Shown: positions 26,701 to 38,779 of the stretch, one piece after another
Layout: each line of letters begins with the position of its first letter
Numbering within the stretch: the first letter of the stretch is position 1
Assembly: GCF_036321535.1 (NCBI RefSeq)
Contig: NC_087438.1
Span: 6,760,001-6,824,000, forward strand
Origin: Camelus dromedarius
Taxonomy: Eukaryota
Length of the DNA stretch: 64,000 nucleotides
Reading direction: 5' to 3'
Notes under the pieces: generated by a model
Told to the model about the DNA's origin: nothing
The model's database searches: none
What the model saw: the letters and a program-made list of their open reading frames with translations, nothing else
Translations under genes and position numbers: made by a program

Positions 26701-27299
26701 CTGTTGTTACTGCAACTAGTAGTGACATCATTATTGTTTCTGCTGGTTCAGTTTGTCATCTCGTGATAGCTCTGAGAAAGCCTCAAGAAAGTCTCAATTC
26801 CCTTCTCATTAAAATGACTTTGAAGATACAGGGGAACATGAAAACTCATGGAGTTATAATTCTATTTCCAGCATTTGGAAAAAGTTTCCATCAACCCTGA
26901 GGCATATGGAACTGGTTTGAGATAAATCTGGGCCAAAGGAAAGTTTGGATGATCTTTCATATGCCCTACAGAGCAAGCTGAGGAGGCTAGGGGCAAGATC
27001 AACTTAGATGCTGGATATCGAAGCCGTAAAAGCCAACAAAACCTCCCTCTGAATATCTAAAAGGCTGTGTGGGTACAGTCAGGGGACTGGAGACTAAGGC
27101 CACGTGGAGCCCAGAGACTCAAACTTAGAGAAATAGTAGGTTTCCATGACTGCCCTGAGGATGACCACAGGAAGAGACCCCCACGCCCAGACAGCACCTG
27201 TGAGAAGGCCCTTCAGGGTGAGCAGGGGGGACATCATCCTTAAGATGCAGTAGGGGGACCTACCTGAGTCAAATGTTGACCATAGCAATCAAAGCATGA

Positions 27300-30200
27300 T
27301 TCAGGAAACAGAGCACGAGGGAGGGAAACCAAGTAAGCTAGAAGCCTTCACACTGAGAAACACCAAGGAGAGAAGTGTGAAGAGAAAGGCTTCAGAGAAC
27401 AAGACACTAGGTGAAGTAAAGGGAGATTATGTGACATTTTTTATTGTGAACTAAATAAAATATACACTAAAGGAAGTAATAAGCCACACTAATGGGGTGG
27501 AAAACACAATGTAAATATAGAATGGGTGGATATAAGTGGGCTGCTGACAATGCAGAAGAAAACATATGCACGACTAAACATAATAATTTAATGACAATAA
27601 TTTATTTTGAAAGTCTCAGGATATACTACTAAAGGCAGAGGGAGTGTAGAGCTTTTGCAATTTTTCCTGTTACCTAGTAGAGTCAAGGTAAAGGAGTCTT
27701 ACTTTGGAAAATAGGTTAAACAACTTTTGGAAACATGTCAAAATTTTAAAATAGCCTATATAACGATTGGTTTAAAATAAAGTGAAAGTCGTAAGCTATA
27801 AATAGAGTAGTAATAATAGCAGTGAGAATAGACCACATAAAACGTTAAAGCAAACTGCTAAGTGTGTGATCAGAGTAAAGTTCCCAGCTCTATATGTTTT
27901 CATTACAAACCATATAAAACAAAGATAAGTGAACTAAGCAATCAACTAGAGAAGTTCAAAAGGGATAATAAATAAGAAAAAGTAGGAAAAGAAGAAAAAG
28001 AAGAGAAAGAAGGAAGGAAAGGAGGAAGGAAAAGCCATTGTAATGGAAATAATTTAATTCAAGTTCAATCTAAAAACTGCCTTAAACCAAAAATGGACAA
28101 CCTCTTGATACAAAAAGGAGATAAAATTCAAGTAAATGCTATCCAGGAAAATGAAAGAGAGAAATTGTTCCCCAAAACACAGAAGATTTTGTTCAAGTCA
28201 AAACAATATTAGACTTTGATGAAAGAAATTGAAGAAGACATAAGCAAATGAAGATATTTATTCATGGATTGGTAGAATTAATATTGTTAAAACATCCATA
28301 CTACCCAAAGCCATGCACAGATTCAATGCAATCTCAACCAAAATTCCAATGGCATTTCTCACAGAAAAAAAAATTTTTTAAGTCATATGGAGCCACAAAG
28401 GACCCCCAAAGAGTGAAAACTATCTGGAGAAAAAAGAATAAAGCTAGGGGCATCACAAATCCTGATTTCAAACTATACTACAAAGCTATAGTAATCAAAG
28501 CAGGACAGTACTGAAACAAAAATAGACACATAGACTCATGGAACAGAACCAAGAGCCCAGTAATAAACCCCACTTGTGCATTCAACTAATATTCAACAAG
28601 GAGCTAAGAACACTAAATGGGGGAAGGATGGTCCTTTCAATAAATGATGTTCAGTAAACTGGATATCCCTGCAGAAGAATGAAGTTGGACCCCTATCTTA
28701 CACCACTCACAAAAATTAACTTGAAAAGAATTAACCATAAGATCTGAAACCATAAGACTTCAAAAATAAAAATAGCGTAAAAGCTTCTTGACATTGATTT
28801 TGGCAACAAAAACTTCTTGACATTGACTTTGGTTGGGACATCAAAAGCACAAGCAACAAAAGCAAAAATAAACAAGCGGGACCGTATCAAACTAAAAGCT
28901 TTTTCACACCAAACAGAAACAACCAACACAATGAAAAGCCAACCTACAGAATGGGAGAGAATATTTTCAAATCATATTCCTGATAAGAGGTTAATAAGTT
29001 AATAAGTGTTGGTGAGGATGTGAAGAAAAGGAAACCCTTGTGCACTGTTGGTGGGATATAAACTGATGCAGTCACTATGGAAGACAGTATGGAGGTCCCT
29101 CAAAAAACTAAAACTAGAACTATAATATAATGTAGCAATCCCACATCTGGGGATACATCCAAAGGAAATGGAAACAAGATCTTGAAGAGATATCTGCACA
29201 CCCATGTTCCCTGCAGCATTATTCACAATATTCAAGATGTAGAAACAACCTTAGTGTCTGTCAGTGGATGAATGGATAAAGAAGAAATACAATATATCTT
29301 ATACGTATGCACATAGATATACAATGAAATACCATTCAGTCTTGAGGAAAAAGGAAATCTTGTCATTTGTGACAACATAGGTGGAACTTGAGAGCATTGT
29401 ATTAAGTGCATAAGCCAGACAGAGAAAGACAAGATATACTGTGCGACGTCACTTACGTGTGGAATCTAAAAAAAGACAAACTCATAGAAACAGAGGTTAG
29501 AATGTTGGTTACCACGGGCTGGGGGTGGGGTAAATGGGGAGGTTCTGTTTAAGGATATAAACTTCCAGTCACAAGATGAGTAAGTTCTGGCGATCTAATC
29601 TATAGCATGGTGGTGATACTCAATAGTACTGTATTTCATATATACCTATACTGAAAGTTGCTAGGAGACTTTTAAATGTCATCACCACAAAAAAGAAATG
29701 ATAGTTATGTGACATGATGGTAATTATACGATAGCTGATGATATGTTGATAATCATATAAATGTATAAAAACAACATGTTTTACACAGTGTTATATGTCA
29801 ATTATATCTCAATAAACCTGGACAAAGACTATGCATATAATACCCTACAATGAAATTAAAGATTTTTTTAAATAAATGGATTATTTCTTCCAGTAACTGG
29901 ACATCCAGTTACTCTTTTTTACCAGAAAGGAGAAAATATCCTCTGTGTGTGTGTGTATCTGAATGAAACAAAGTGACAAAACAAAATAAAGCAAAGCGCT
30001 ATGCGCCATAAAACATTTAGAGCTATTTTACAGACTAGTTCTTCGAAACTTCAAAGAAAGAAGTAGTCTGTATAAGATGTAAATTACTCAGAAGAGAGAA
30101 AACAAAGCTATCCAGTTCATTTTATCAAACTAGCAGAAGAGCATTAGACCAATGTGTAACAAATATATCACAAAATAAATTAAAACTCAAGTCTACTGTC

Positions 30201-31060
30201 ACTTGGAAATATGGATTTTGAAGACAATTCAATTATACATAAAAAAATCACCCACCCTAGAAAGGAAGGTTGTTTCCACTAATGCAAATTGGTTTAGTAT
30301 TAGGAAACCTATTAATATAATGTTATACTTTAAAAGAACTAATATGAAAAATGAAGAATTCTGCTATTGTCAAAAAGAAAAAAAAGTTCATGGAATTTTA
30401 ACACTATTTGCTATTTTTAAAAAGCTCAGGTAATGACAAATAAAAGAATACTTTCATAGTATGATTTTTTTTAATGTCTTAACTACTCCACTTAATTTTA
30501 AAATACTAAACACTCTCTGATTAAAATCAAGAAAAAGATAATCATCACTATCATTATTTCATATGGTTCTGCAAGTCTGGTTTATGCAATAAGATACGGA
30601 ACAGAAATTAAAACAAAACCATTAGGAAGGATAAGGCAAAAGTAATTAGCAACTGCAAAAAAGTAAATTTTAAAATCTAAAAAAGCAATAAAAAACCCTC
30701 TGAAAATTAGAAAACTCAATAAAGTTGACAAAAATTTATCTTAACCTCTGCTTCAGAAATATGTCTTAATAGACAGGTATCTTTTTCTCAGCACATTCAT
30801 GACACAAAGCATTAGGAATAACCTCATTAAAGAAAGATAATGTTATTGTGAAAGACAAAATATTTAAAAAAAAAACTAAAGAAGCAACATGCTATGTTCT
30901 CAGATAAAAGCATGATGAATATTTTACCCTGTCCATTTTGCTTAGTGAATATGTTGTTCTAATGAAATTGTTATCAAAATCCCAATAAATTTTTTTTTAT
31001 TTGGACTTGGAAAATATGATTCAAAACATCTTGAAAGAATAAGCTTGTCCAGATAGCTTA
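27300..31060 (+). mobile_element. Highly diverged old L1 (L1ME-like) hosting a younger L1MA
   Basis: A-rich degenerate ORF2-like text on both sides of 28210-29820. Confidence 0.55.
28210..29820 (+). mobile_element. L1MA (L1MA9-like) 3' portion
   Basis: ORF2 remnants (NPDFKLYYKAIVIK; QPTEWERIFSNH) and 3'UTR ending atatctcaataaa. Confidence 0.93.
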
Positions 31061-31814
31061 GGTGTTCTGTGTCAATAGTTTTCAAATAAGTTATTTATAT
31101 TTGATTGCCTAAGCAGCATCATAAAACAAGATGTATACCACTCTTAAATATTGTCAACATTACATCAAAATTGGTATCCTAAAATCCTGGTTAATCTATT
31201 GCAATGGTTGTATAAACTGCACCTTTCTGTAAAGTTGCAGTGTTTTGTTTTGTTTTTAATAAACTTGAGACAAATTTTTCCATTGACTTTCAAAGTTTAA
31301 AAAGTGCAGGAAAACACAAAAGGAAGGAGGTAGATACCCTCACAACATGTAAACACATCTGGGAATCAAATCAGCAGATTTTATTTTAACAACAACAAAT
31401 TCTTAGTAAAGACATCTTATGAAAGGCAGAGAATATTCTGGAAACTCCATCCTCTGCAGCTTGTGAGATTCTTGTGAACGCCAGAATTAAGTGACTAAAC
31501 TATACATAGATACAGCCAGACATCACAGATTCATGAAGGAATGTTATTTTTTTAAGTTTTCAAAGAAAATGATTTTGTTTGTGTTCATTCTCAGTGTTGT
31601 GTTTCAGATTTGCTTGTCCCATTCCTCTATACTTTAGTACATACAGTGAAAACAGAGTGACATCCAGTTACTCTTTTTTACCAGAAAGGAGTTTTGCAAT
31701 AAAGGAGACTTCCCCCCTTAAGGGCTAAGCTGAAAAGAGGTCCCAGCCTACACCTGTGTATGAAATACCCAACGATGTCAGAAGGCACAATACAAAAGAG
31801 TAGATTGAAATTAA

Positions 31815-32490
31815 GACCTCAGAGAGATCTGCGTTCCTGTGTTCACTGCAGTGTTATTCACAGTAGCCAAGATATGGAGACAACCCAAATGTCCTTCATG
31901 CACGAATGGATAAAGAGAGTGGATAAAGAATATATGCTTACAATGGAATATTACTAAGTATTTTAAAAGAAGGAAATCCTGTCATATTCGGCAACATGGA
32001 TAAACCTGGAGGACATGATGCTAAGTGAAATAAGCCAGACACAGAAAGAAAAATGGTCCAGGATTCCACTTACATGAGGCAACTGAAATAACCCAACTCA
32101 GAAAAGCAGAGAGTAGAATGGTAGTTGCCAAGGGCTGGGAGGAGCGGGGTACAGGGAGTTTGTGTTTTGGATATAAACTTTCAGGAATGCAACATGATGA
32201 ATTTCTAGAGCTCTAGTGTATAACACAGCACCTATGGTTAACAAACACTGGATTGTAGACTTAAAATTTTTGTTAAGAGGATAGATCTCATGTTAAATGT
32301 TCTTACCACCAAAAAAAGGGCCAGGGAGGCACCAGGAAACTCTTGGAGGTGATGGATGTGCCTGTTACCTTGATTACGGTGACGGTTTCATGGTGTATGG
32401 TTACGTCCAAACTCATCGAATTGTACACAGTAAATATGTGCAGTTTTTTGTGTATCAATTATATCTCAAAAAGCTGTTTAAAAAGAAAAT
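31815..32490 (+). mobile_element. L1MA10/L1MB-type 3' end
   Basis: gttcactgcagtgttattcacagtagccaag...gaggtgatggatgtg...tatatctcaaaaagctgtttaaaaa. Confidence 0.9.
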
Positions 32491-33714
32491 GGTAACAGGT
32501 AAACTGTGAAGTCAGAGAGAACAGACCAAGACACGTGGAAGTAAATCTGTTCTCACAATTATCCTCAAACTATAGAGTAAATGCAATGATTAGAAGCATC
32601 TAGTTTTCATTTAAACACACTAAATGATCCACCACTTAAGCCCAATCAGAGGTGCAATTAACTCTACGAACTAAAGTCAAAGGGATGAAGCTGAACATCC
32701 CCGGAATGAATCAGGTCCCTTCGATGCTTTCATGCTCCCATTACTATGTGGCCGATGCAGCTCTCTGACTTCTCAGAATGGTTTATTCCTCTGGCGAAGA
32801 TTTATATGAGTTGAAATGATACAGTCCTGTTTCATTACTTGTGCCTAATGCCTTGAGCCACTACCAAATAACAGAGATTTACATCGGAAGCCAAAGTCGG
32901 ATTCTGTTGCCAAAACTCACATGGTCTCGGGGATTCTGTGATTTTTTTCTGGCATCCGAAACTCTCTCCAAACACACTTCCCCTGTGGACCTTAATAATT
33001 TACAGGAAAACCGAGTGCTCTGATGTTTGGCCAAACTGCCCTCGGCTACCTTGACTTTCTTCTCTCTACAAGCCTATATTTTTTTAATTGTAGCATGCTG
33101 TTTCTGATTCCTGACTACTTTGCCCTCTACAAAGACACTGTTAGCTAAAGGCCTACAGCATCTTTGAAGCCATAATTCACTTTTTTCTTCTATCAACGTA
33201 AAGTTAGCAGGTCCCTGGGGCATCATCAGCCCAAGGAGGAACCACAACCATGCATCTTTGATGCAAAAGGATTGAGCCCCTTTCTTCAGAGTTCTTCAGA
33301 GAAAGCTACCCCATCATTTCTCAGAGAACTTATGCTAGTATCTTTGAAACTCCAAAGAAACTCTGGTGTTTAACCTAATCCCAGTGTGTGAAAAACAGAA
33401 CTTCACTCTGCCTGAAACAAACAAAACTAAAGCATACAATCCTGAACACAGTGAGATTTTTTTTCTCTTTTTTATTACTATCTTCTCATCAAGATTCTAA
33501 GGGAGTTGATTTTTAAATGACCCTGATTCAGTATGTTTCCTAACATTGAAATTGAATCATTCATCAAGTTCACAATTCTGAAACAATGAGGTTTCCAGAC
33601 CAGAAACTATGTGTCTACTCTAGTTTCATTATGGGTCCAATTTAACAAATAATGAAAACTGTGATTTTAAGCAATGTAGAATTCACTTAGAGACTAGCAT
33701 AGATGGAAGGGAGT

Positions 33715-33770
33715 TTATATATATTATATATATACATACACACACACACACACAGACACACACATATACA
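33715..33770. repeat. (TA)n(CA)n microsatellite
   Basis: Direct reading. Confidence 0.9.
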
Positions 33771-33920
33771 TGCCTCCATGGAGATGCCCTTCATTATCTT
33801 TGCCCTTGTTTTCTGTTTGTGTAGTTGGCCAGGAAATAATAGAAAAGACAGACTGGGAGGGTGTCATTCTGAGGAACTCAAATTTGTGTCTTGCCATTGC
33901 ACAAGAGACTTGAAATACAG

Positions 33921-34317
33921 CATATGAGTTATTTAGGGCTACCATAATAAAATTCCACAAACGGTGTGGCTTGCACAACAGAACTTTGTGTTCTCACAAT
34001 TCTGGAGGCTAGAAGTTTCAGATCAAGGTGTCAGCTGGGTTGGCTTCTCTTGAAGCTTCCCTCCTTGGCTTGTAGACGGCCGTCTTCTCCCTTGTTCTCA
34101 CGTGGTCTTCCCTCTGCGCGTGTCTGCATCCTAATTTCTTCTTCTTATAAGGATATCAATCATGTTGGATTAAGGCACATCGGTGACCTCATTTTAACCT
34201 AATTATATCTTTAAAGACACTTTCAGTCCAAATAGAGTCACATTCTGTGGTACTGGAGGTTCAGGCTTCAACATGGGAATTCTGGGGGAAGGAGAGGACA
34301 TAATTCAGTCCGTAACA
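33921..34317 (-). mobile_element. MaLR solo LTR (MLT1B-like)
   Basis: tctcacaattctggaggctagaag...tcttataagga...gacataattcagtccgtaaca. Confidence 0.92.
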
Positions 34318-35504
34318 CGAACATTACATTTCTCAAAGGAATGATGGGGGTGTTCAACACTTCCTATATAGGCGAACACCACTGGCCAACTTGTCTCTCA
34401 AAAGTAGAAGTGGTAAACATTTCCCCATGTGCATGAGTGGGGAGCAGTTCTTGAGGAAAGGGGTTACTATTTCATTCACAACATGGTGGATGCCCCACAC
34501 AGGGAGTCTTGCAATGACATTCATGTCTTTCTTCCCTGAACTCTTTTTTCACTGAAGTTTTTTCCCTTCGTACGTCTGGCAAGATGATGAACATTAGCTT
34601 TTCCGGGACCAGGTTGAGTAACTGTGAGTTACTGCATGGAGCAAACTACTTTTGTGACAAGAAAAATGAAATGTGATGGGATGACACTGGGTGTTTCAAA
34701 AGTCTTCCTCAATATCTTATTAATATTGCATGTGAGTATAACCTGGTACGATGACAAAGGAACAAGATGCCTGTTCCTCTGAGAAGCAAGGAACTAATGA
34801 TCAACAGACAGACATAAACAAAAGGAAACCTAAAAGCTGGAAATTAGACTCAATGATGATTTGACAAATACTAACTTTAAAGCATACCTATATGTGTATT
34901 AACTCCAAATACTTTTGTGAAGTTGTTTCTTCATCTATTGGGAGAACTTTTTTCCAATTCTCATTACAACAGGTTTTCACGTGTTTTACATGTTTTGAAA
35001 GTTTATTAAATATTTTCCAAATCAAATTTACACAAATTTCCCTTCTTCCTTGCAATCACATTGCTCCTCTTCATGATAATACGTCTCTCAAAAATTAGAG
35101 AGTCTTTTAGAATGAACTGTTCTTAAATTTAATTAAAGTCTCTGGTAGAATGATATGAATATGACTTGCAGGAGACAAAATTGGCTAAAGAGTCACTTTA
35201 TGAAGAACAAAATGAAATTTAGATGTCCCATCTCAAGAGAATTTTAGAAGGAATGTTGAGCATGAAGCTACTGTTAGAACTGTGTGCTTTCTGTCCTCTC
35301 ATCTCTCCAAGTCAGCCAGTTGGAAGGCTGCTTCCTTCCTCTCTTTCCTTTAAGCCTTTAAATATTCTTTCTGGTAAGAATCTATCAAAGGTCTGTCCCA
35401 CAAGTGACAAATGCTTCTCAAAGTTTTGCACCTGTGAGAATAAAACCTGCATTTGCTTAGTAAATATACGTTTATTTACCTCTCACTCTTCCAGGTACTG
35501 TGCT

Positions 35505-35715
35505 AGGTCAGATCAAGGGTGATTCCCCCAACCCAGCCCCAAGAGACAGTGTCTAGAGAGACTTGAGGTTATCACACAGAGGAGAAGGATTGCTACGAGC
35601 ATCTAACAGGTAGAGACCAGAGACGCTGCTACACACCTTACAATGCACAGAGAGCTCCTCCAATAGCAAATCATCTGGTCCAAGTGTCAATAGTGCCAAG
35701 GGTGTACAACCATGT
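35505..35715 (+). mobile_element. MER20 hAT-Charlie element
   Basis: gcatctaacaggtagagaccagagacgctgctacacaccttacaatgcacag...tgtcaatagtgccaagg. Confidence 0.88.
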
Positions 35716-37859
35716 GGCAGATCCTTGGAAACACAAAGAAACTCACAAAGCAGAAACTTGTAAGTGCGCAGGCACTTAACCAGCTGAGCCCAGCGGACAT
35801 TGCTGATCAGAAGAACTATGAGTTAAATAATTATCGTTTTAAGCCACTGTGTATGAGAGTGAGTTGTTACATGGAAATAGCTCACTGACATGAGTTGGTC
35901 GTTTAAAAAACTGGCCTAGGTGAGAATGCCCAGGATGATCTCGTCAAGCTGGAAGAGATGAGGGCAGAAGGATGCAATGCCAGAGACAGGCCAGTTTAAA
36001 AGGGATGGTGGAGTGATGAAGAGAGCCAACAAAAGTGAGGGAGGTATGGGGGGAAAAGTAAACAAGAGGAACAGAGCTGGGGGACCCAAGAGAGATAAGA
36101 AAGGAAAAGGAACAGGAAGTTTCAAGAAAGAGGGGGAAATAAATCTGGTGAAAGGGAGAGGCCAGTCAGAGAAGCGCTGAACAGGGCCCGTTAAATAAAT
36201 AACACCTCCTTTAACATCATGGCCTGAGAGAAAAAACAAAGCTAACCCCCGGTAGATTGTTTCCAGTCTCATGTACCAGGATATACTTGAAGACTTGGTT
36301 GGTCTCCCGAGAGGAGGTCTAAATAGAGATTTGGAACTCTAGTCAGTGCTCATAATACCAGAATTAAGGGCACCCCCCACCACTGCCAACATCTAGAGGA
36401 CAGTTCTTGTTTGGTAGAGAAGGCGTTGGAAGCAAGAGGAGAAGGAGGAGGAGGACAAGGCACCAGGAGTTCATCAGGAATTGTGGCTGGTGTGTGGCTA
36501 AGGTGCGTCTGGGTGTGATACTGTCAGGTAGGGATGTAGACTCTCGTACGAGATGGCTGGGGGAAAATGAACAAATAAGTCTACAACAGTGATGAGCGCT
36601 GTAGCAATGGAGCTCATCACACTGGTAAAAGGACTGTTAGGGAGCCCTCACTTCGTAGAACAGCTATGAGAACACCAACTGGGGGGAAGCGACAAGGACC
36701 AAATGGGGACTAGAGGGGGAGCATCCAGGCAGATGGGATCCAGCCACACATACACAGAAGTCATCCCGCTCAGCAGCAGTGACTGTGAGGAATGAGGGAG
36801 ACCAATCCCTGGCCAGCTAGGATGGCCAAGCTTTGAGCAGAACCTAAAAGGCCCCTGAGAAGCCGTGTAACAGTCCTCAGAACATGAAAGGAGCTCTTTG
36901 GTGAAACTTGGCAATCCCATCAGAGCCGGGCTGACACTGCATCTGTGCCCACAACTGCCCCAAGTCAGATTTGAGTGGATGAGGAGGCAGGACTCTTAGA
37001 AAGAGAGTTTGCTCATATCCTTGTAAGATGAAATGTCTCAGCCACTAGATGGACTTCATGCTCTGAGAACAATATCCCGTAAGATGAAGATTTTAGGGCT
37101 GAGAGAGTCAACTTTGCCGTAATGGAAACTGATTCCATTCCAAGTCACACAGCTGATATGTAGTAAAATCACAAATGATAATGTACCCTTAATTTCTAGT
37201 CTAGAAAATTTTTGACTGTACTACCTTCTGTTTAAATTAAATAGGAAATATTAATTGACACTCTGGTGGACAGGTGAAGAAATTACAGGACAAAACCAGA
37301 TGCAGTGATTTCCCTGCAACTAGGAAACTTAAGATGAAGTTTGAATTCAGATCATAAGGGTTGGACCCCATGAGCTTAAGGATGCCTTAGCCTCTTGTTT
37401 TATGTTATGTTCATCCTGATTTTCTGCATTACCATTTCTTTCCTCAGAACTTACCCCTCCCTAGAGTACCTTCTTTTTTCATTGACCCATGTACTTTATC
37501 TGCTTCCTGCAGCAACAGCTCCACTGAGGAAAAAATTCAGATATTATAAATCTAATTTAGTAAGTGAAATAGATCCCAGGGGCTGCAGGCTGCCTGCTCC
37601 TGAGTTGCAGTGAGATTTAAGTATTTAAATGTAAATAGTTAAGACCCTCTAAGAACAACAAAAGGTAATGCATGATGAAGAAAGCAAACAAAGTCATCCT
37701 AAAACCATAGATTTTTTTTTTAGAGAAGTAGAAACATGCAGATTTTTAAAAGAGGGATAAAAATGGACAGAGGATGTAAAAAATTAGTCCACACACACAG
37801 AGAGAAATCAAATAAGTGGCCAATTAGTGGCCAATTCATTCAGGCCAACAAGTGAACTG

Positions 37860-38550
37860 AGGTTCAGCCTAATTTATAACTAAAATAAAGCGGATAAAAG
37901 GACAGCTTATTTTTTCCTATCAGATTGCCAAAAGTTAAGAAGTTTGATAAAACCCAGAGATGATGAGAGTTTGAGAACAGACATCCTCACGCATTGCTAA
38001 TGGGCATGTAAATTGGTGCAGTGTGTCGGAGCACACTTCTAAACTAGCAGAATGTGAAGCAGACATGCCCAGTGGTGTCTCCATTTCACTTCCAGCAATT
38101 TATCCAGCAGGTATATATGCACAAACGTGCCTACACGTTTATTCACTGCAGATTGTTTGTGACAGCGGGAAACTAAGCACAAGCTAAATATCCACAAGTG
38201 GCCAACTGGACATTGCTTTTTGGTGGGAAGAAAACTACACAGTCATTTTTTTAAAGTTAAATAAATTCATTTGTGTTTTTAGGGATAGGACTTCAAAACA
38301 GAGTCACTGCAAGGAACTAATGTGGAAAATTGTAATGCACGTATACCCATGAATAAAGAGGCTTCTACATGCACTGAATATTAATAGACTAACACCAGGA
38401 AACTCTTGAGAGTGCCCTCCCACCCCCCATCGCTTATGGCTAGAAGATCTAAAGGATGGGGGTGGGAGTGGAGGATGCCTTCTAATTTTACACTGTACTC
38501 TTTTGTCCTGTTTGAATTATTTCCTGGGAATGTGTTTATATTGCTCTCCT
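37860..38550 (+). mobile_element. L1ME-type 3' fragment
   Basis: ctatcagattgccaaaagtta...cattgctaatgggcatgtaaattggt...tttattcactgcag. Confidence 0.75.
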
Positions 38551-38677
38551 AATTACTATTAAGTGAAGAGAAGCCCAAAACTGAAATTCAGTTCCTATTG
38601 ATTGTCTCTAAAAACCTCCAAATCCTAATCATTACTTTGATCAACCTTGTCCTGAGCCCAGGGACGTCTGGGGCTCT

Positions 38678-38779
38678 CAGGTGACCAAGTGCCCCAGTGT
38701 GTCTGTGACTGAGGACTTTCTGAGATACAGGGCTTTCAGTGCTAAATTAGGACAGCCTGGGGACACGGTGGGCACCCTG
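38678..38779. mobile_element. MER81-like hAT-Blackjack MITE
   Basis: Ends ggtgacca... and ...gggcaccct; core ctttcagtgctaaa. Confidence 0.75.

Noticed and set aside
28248..29432. ORFs with protein-like text (FKLYYKAIVIK, PTEWERIF)
   Set aside because: Frameshifted L1 ORF2 remnants and antisense L1 frames, not host genes
37814..37835. Small tandem duplications (agtggccaatt x2; also atcgatgag x2 near 19676 and (CACTG)4 near 40451)
   Set aside because: Ordinary slippage-scale events with no further structure
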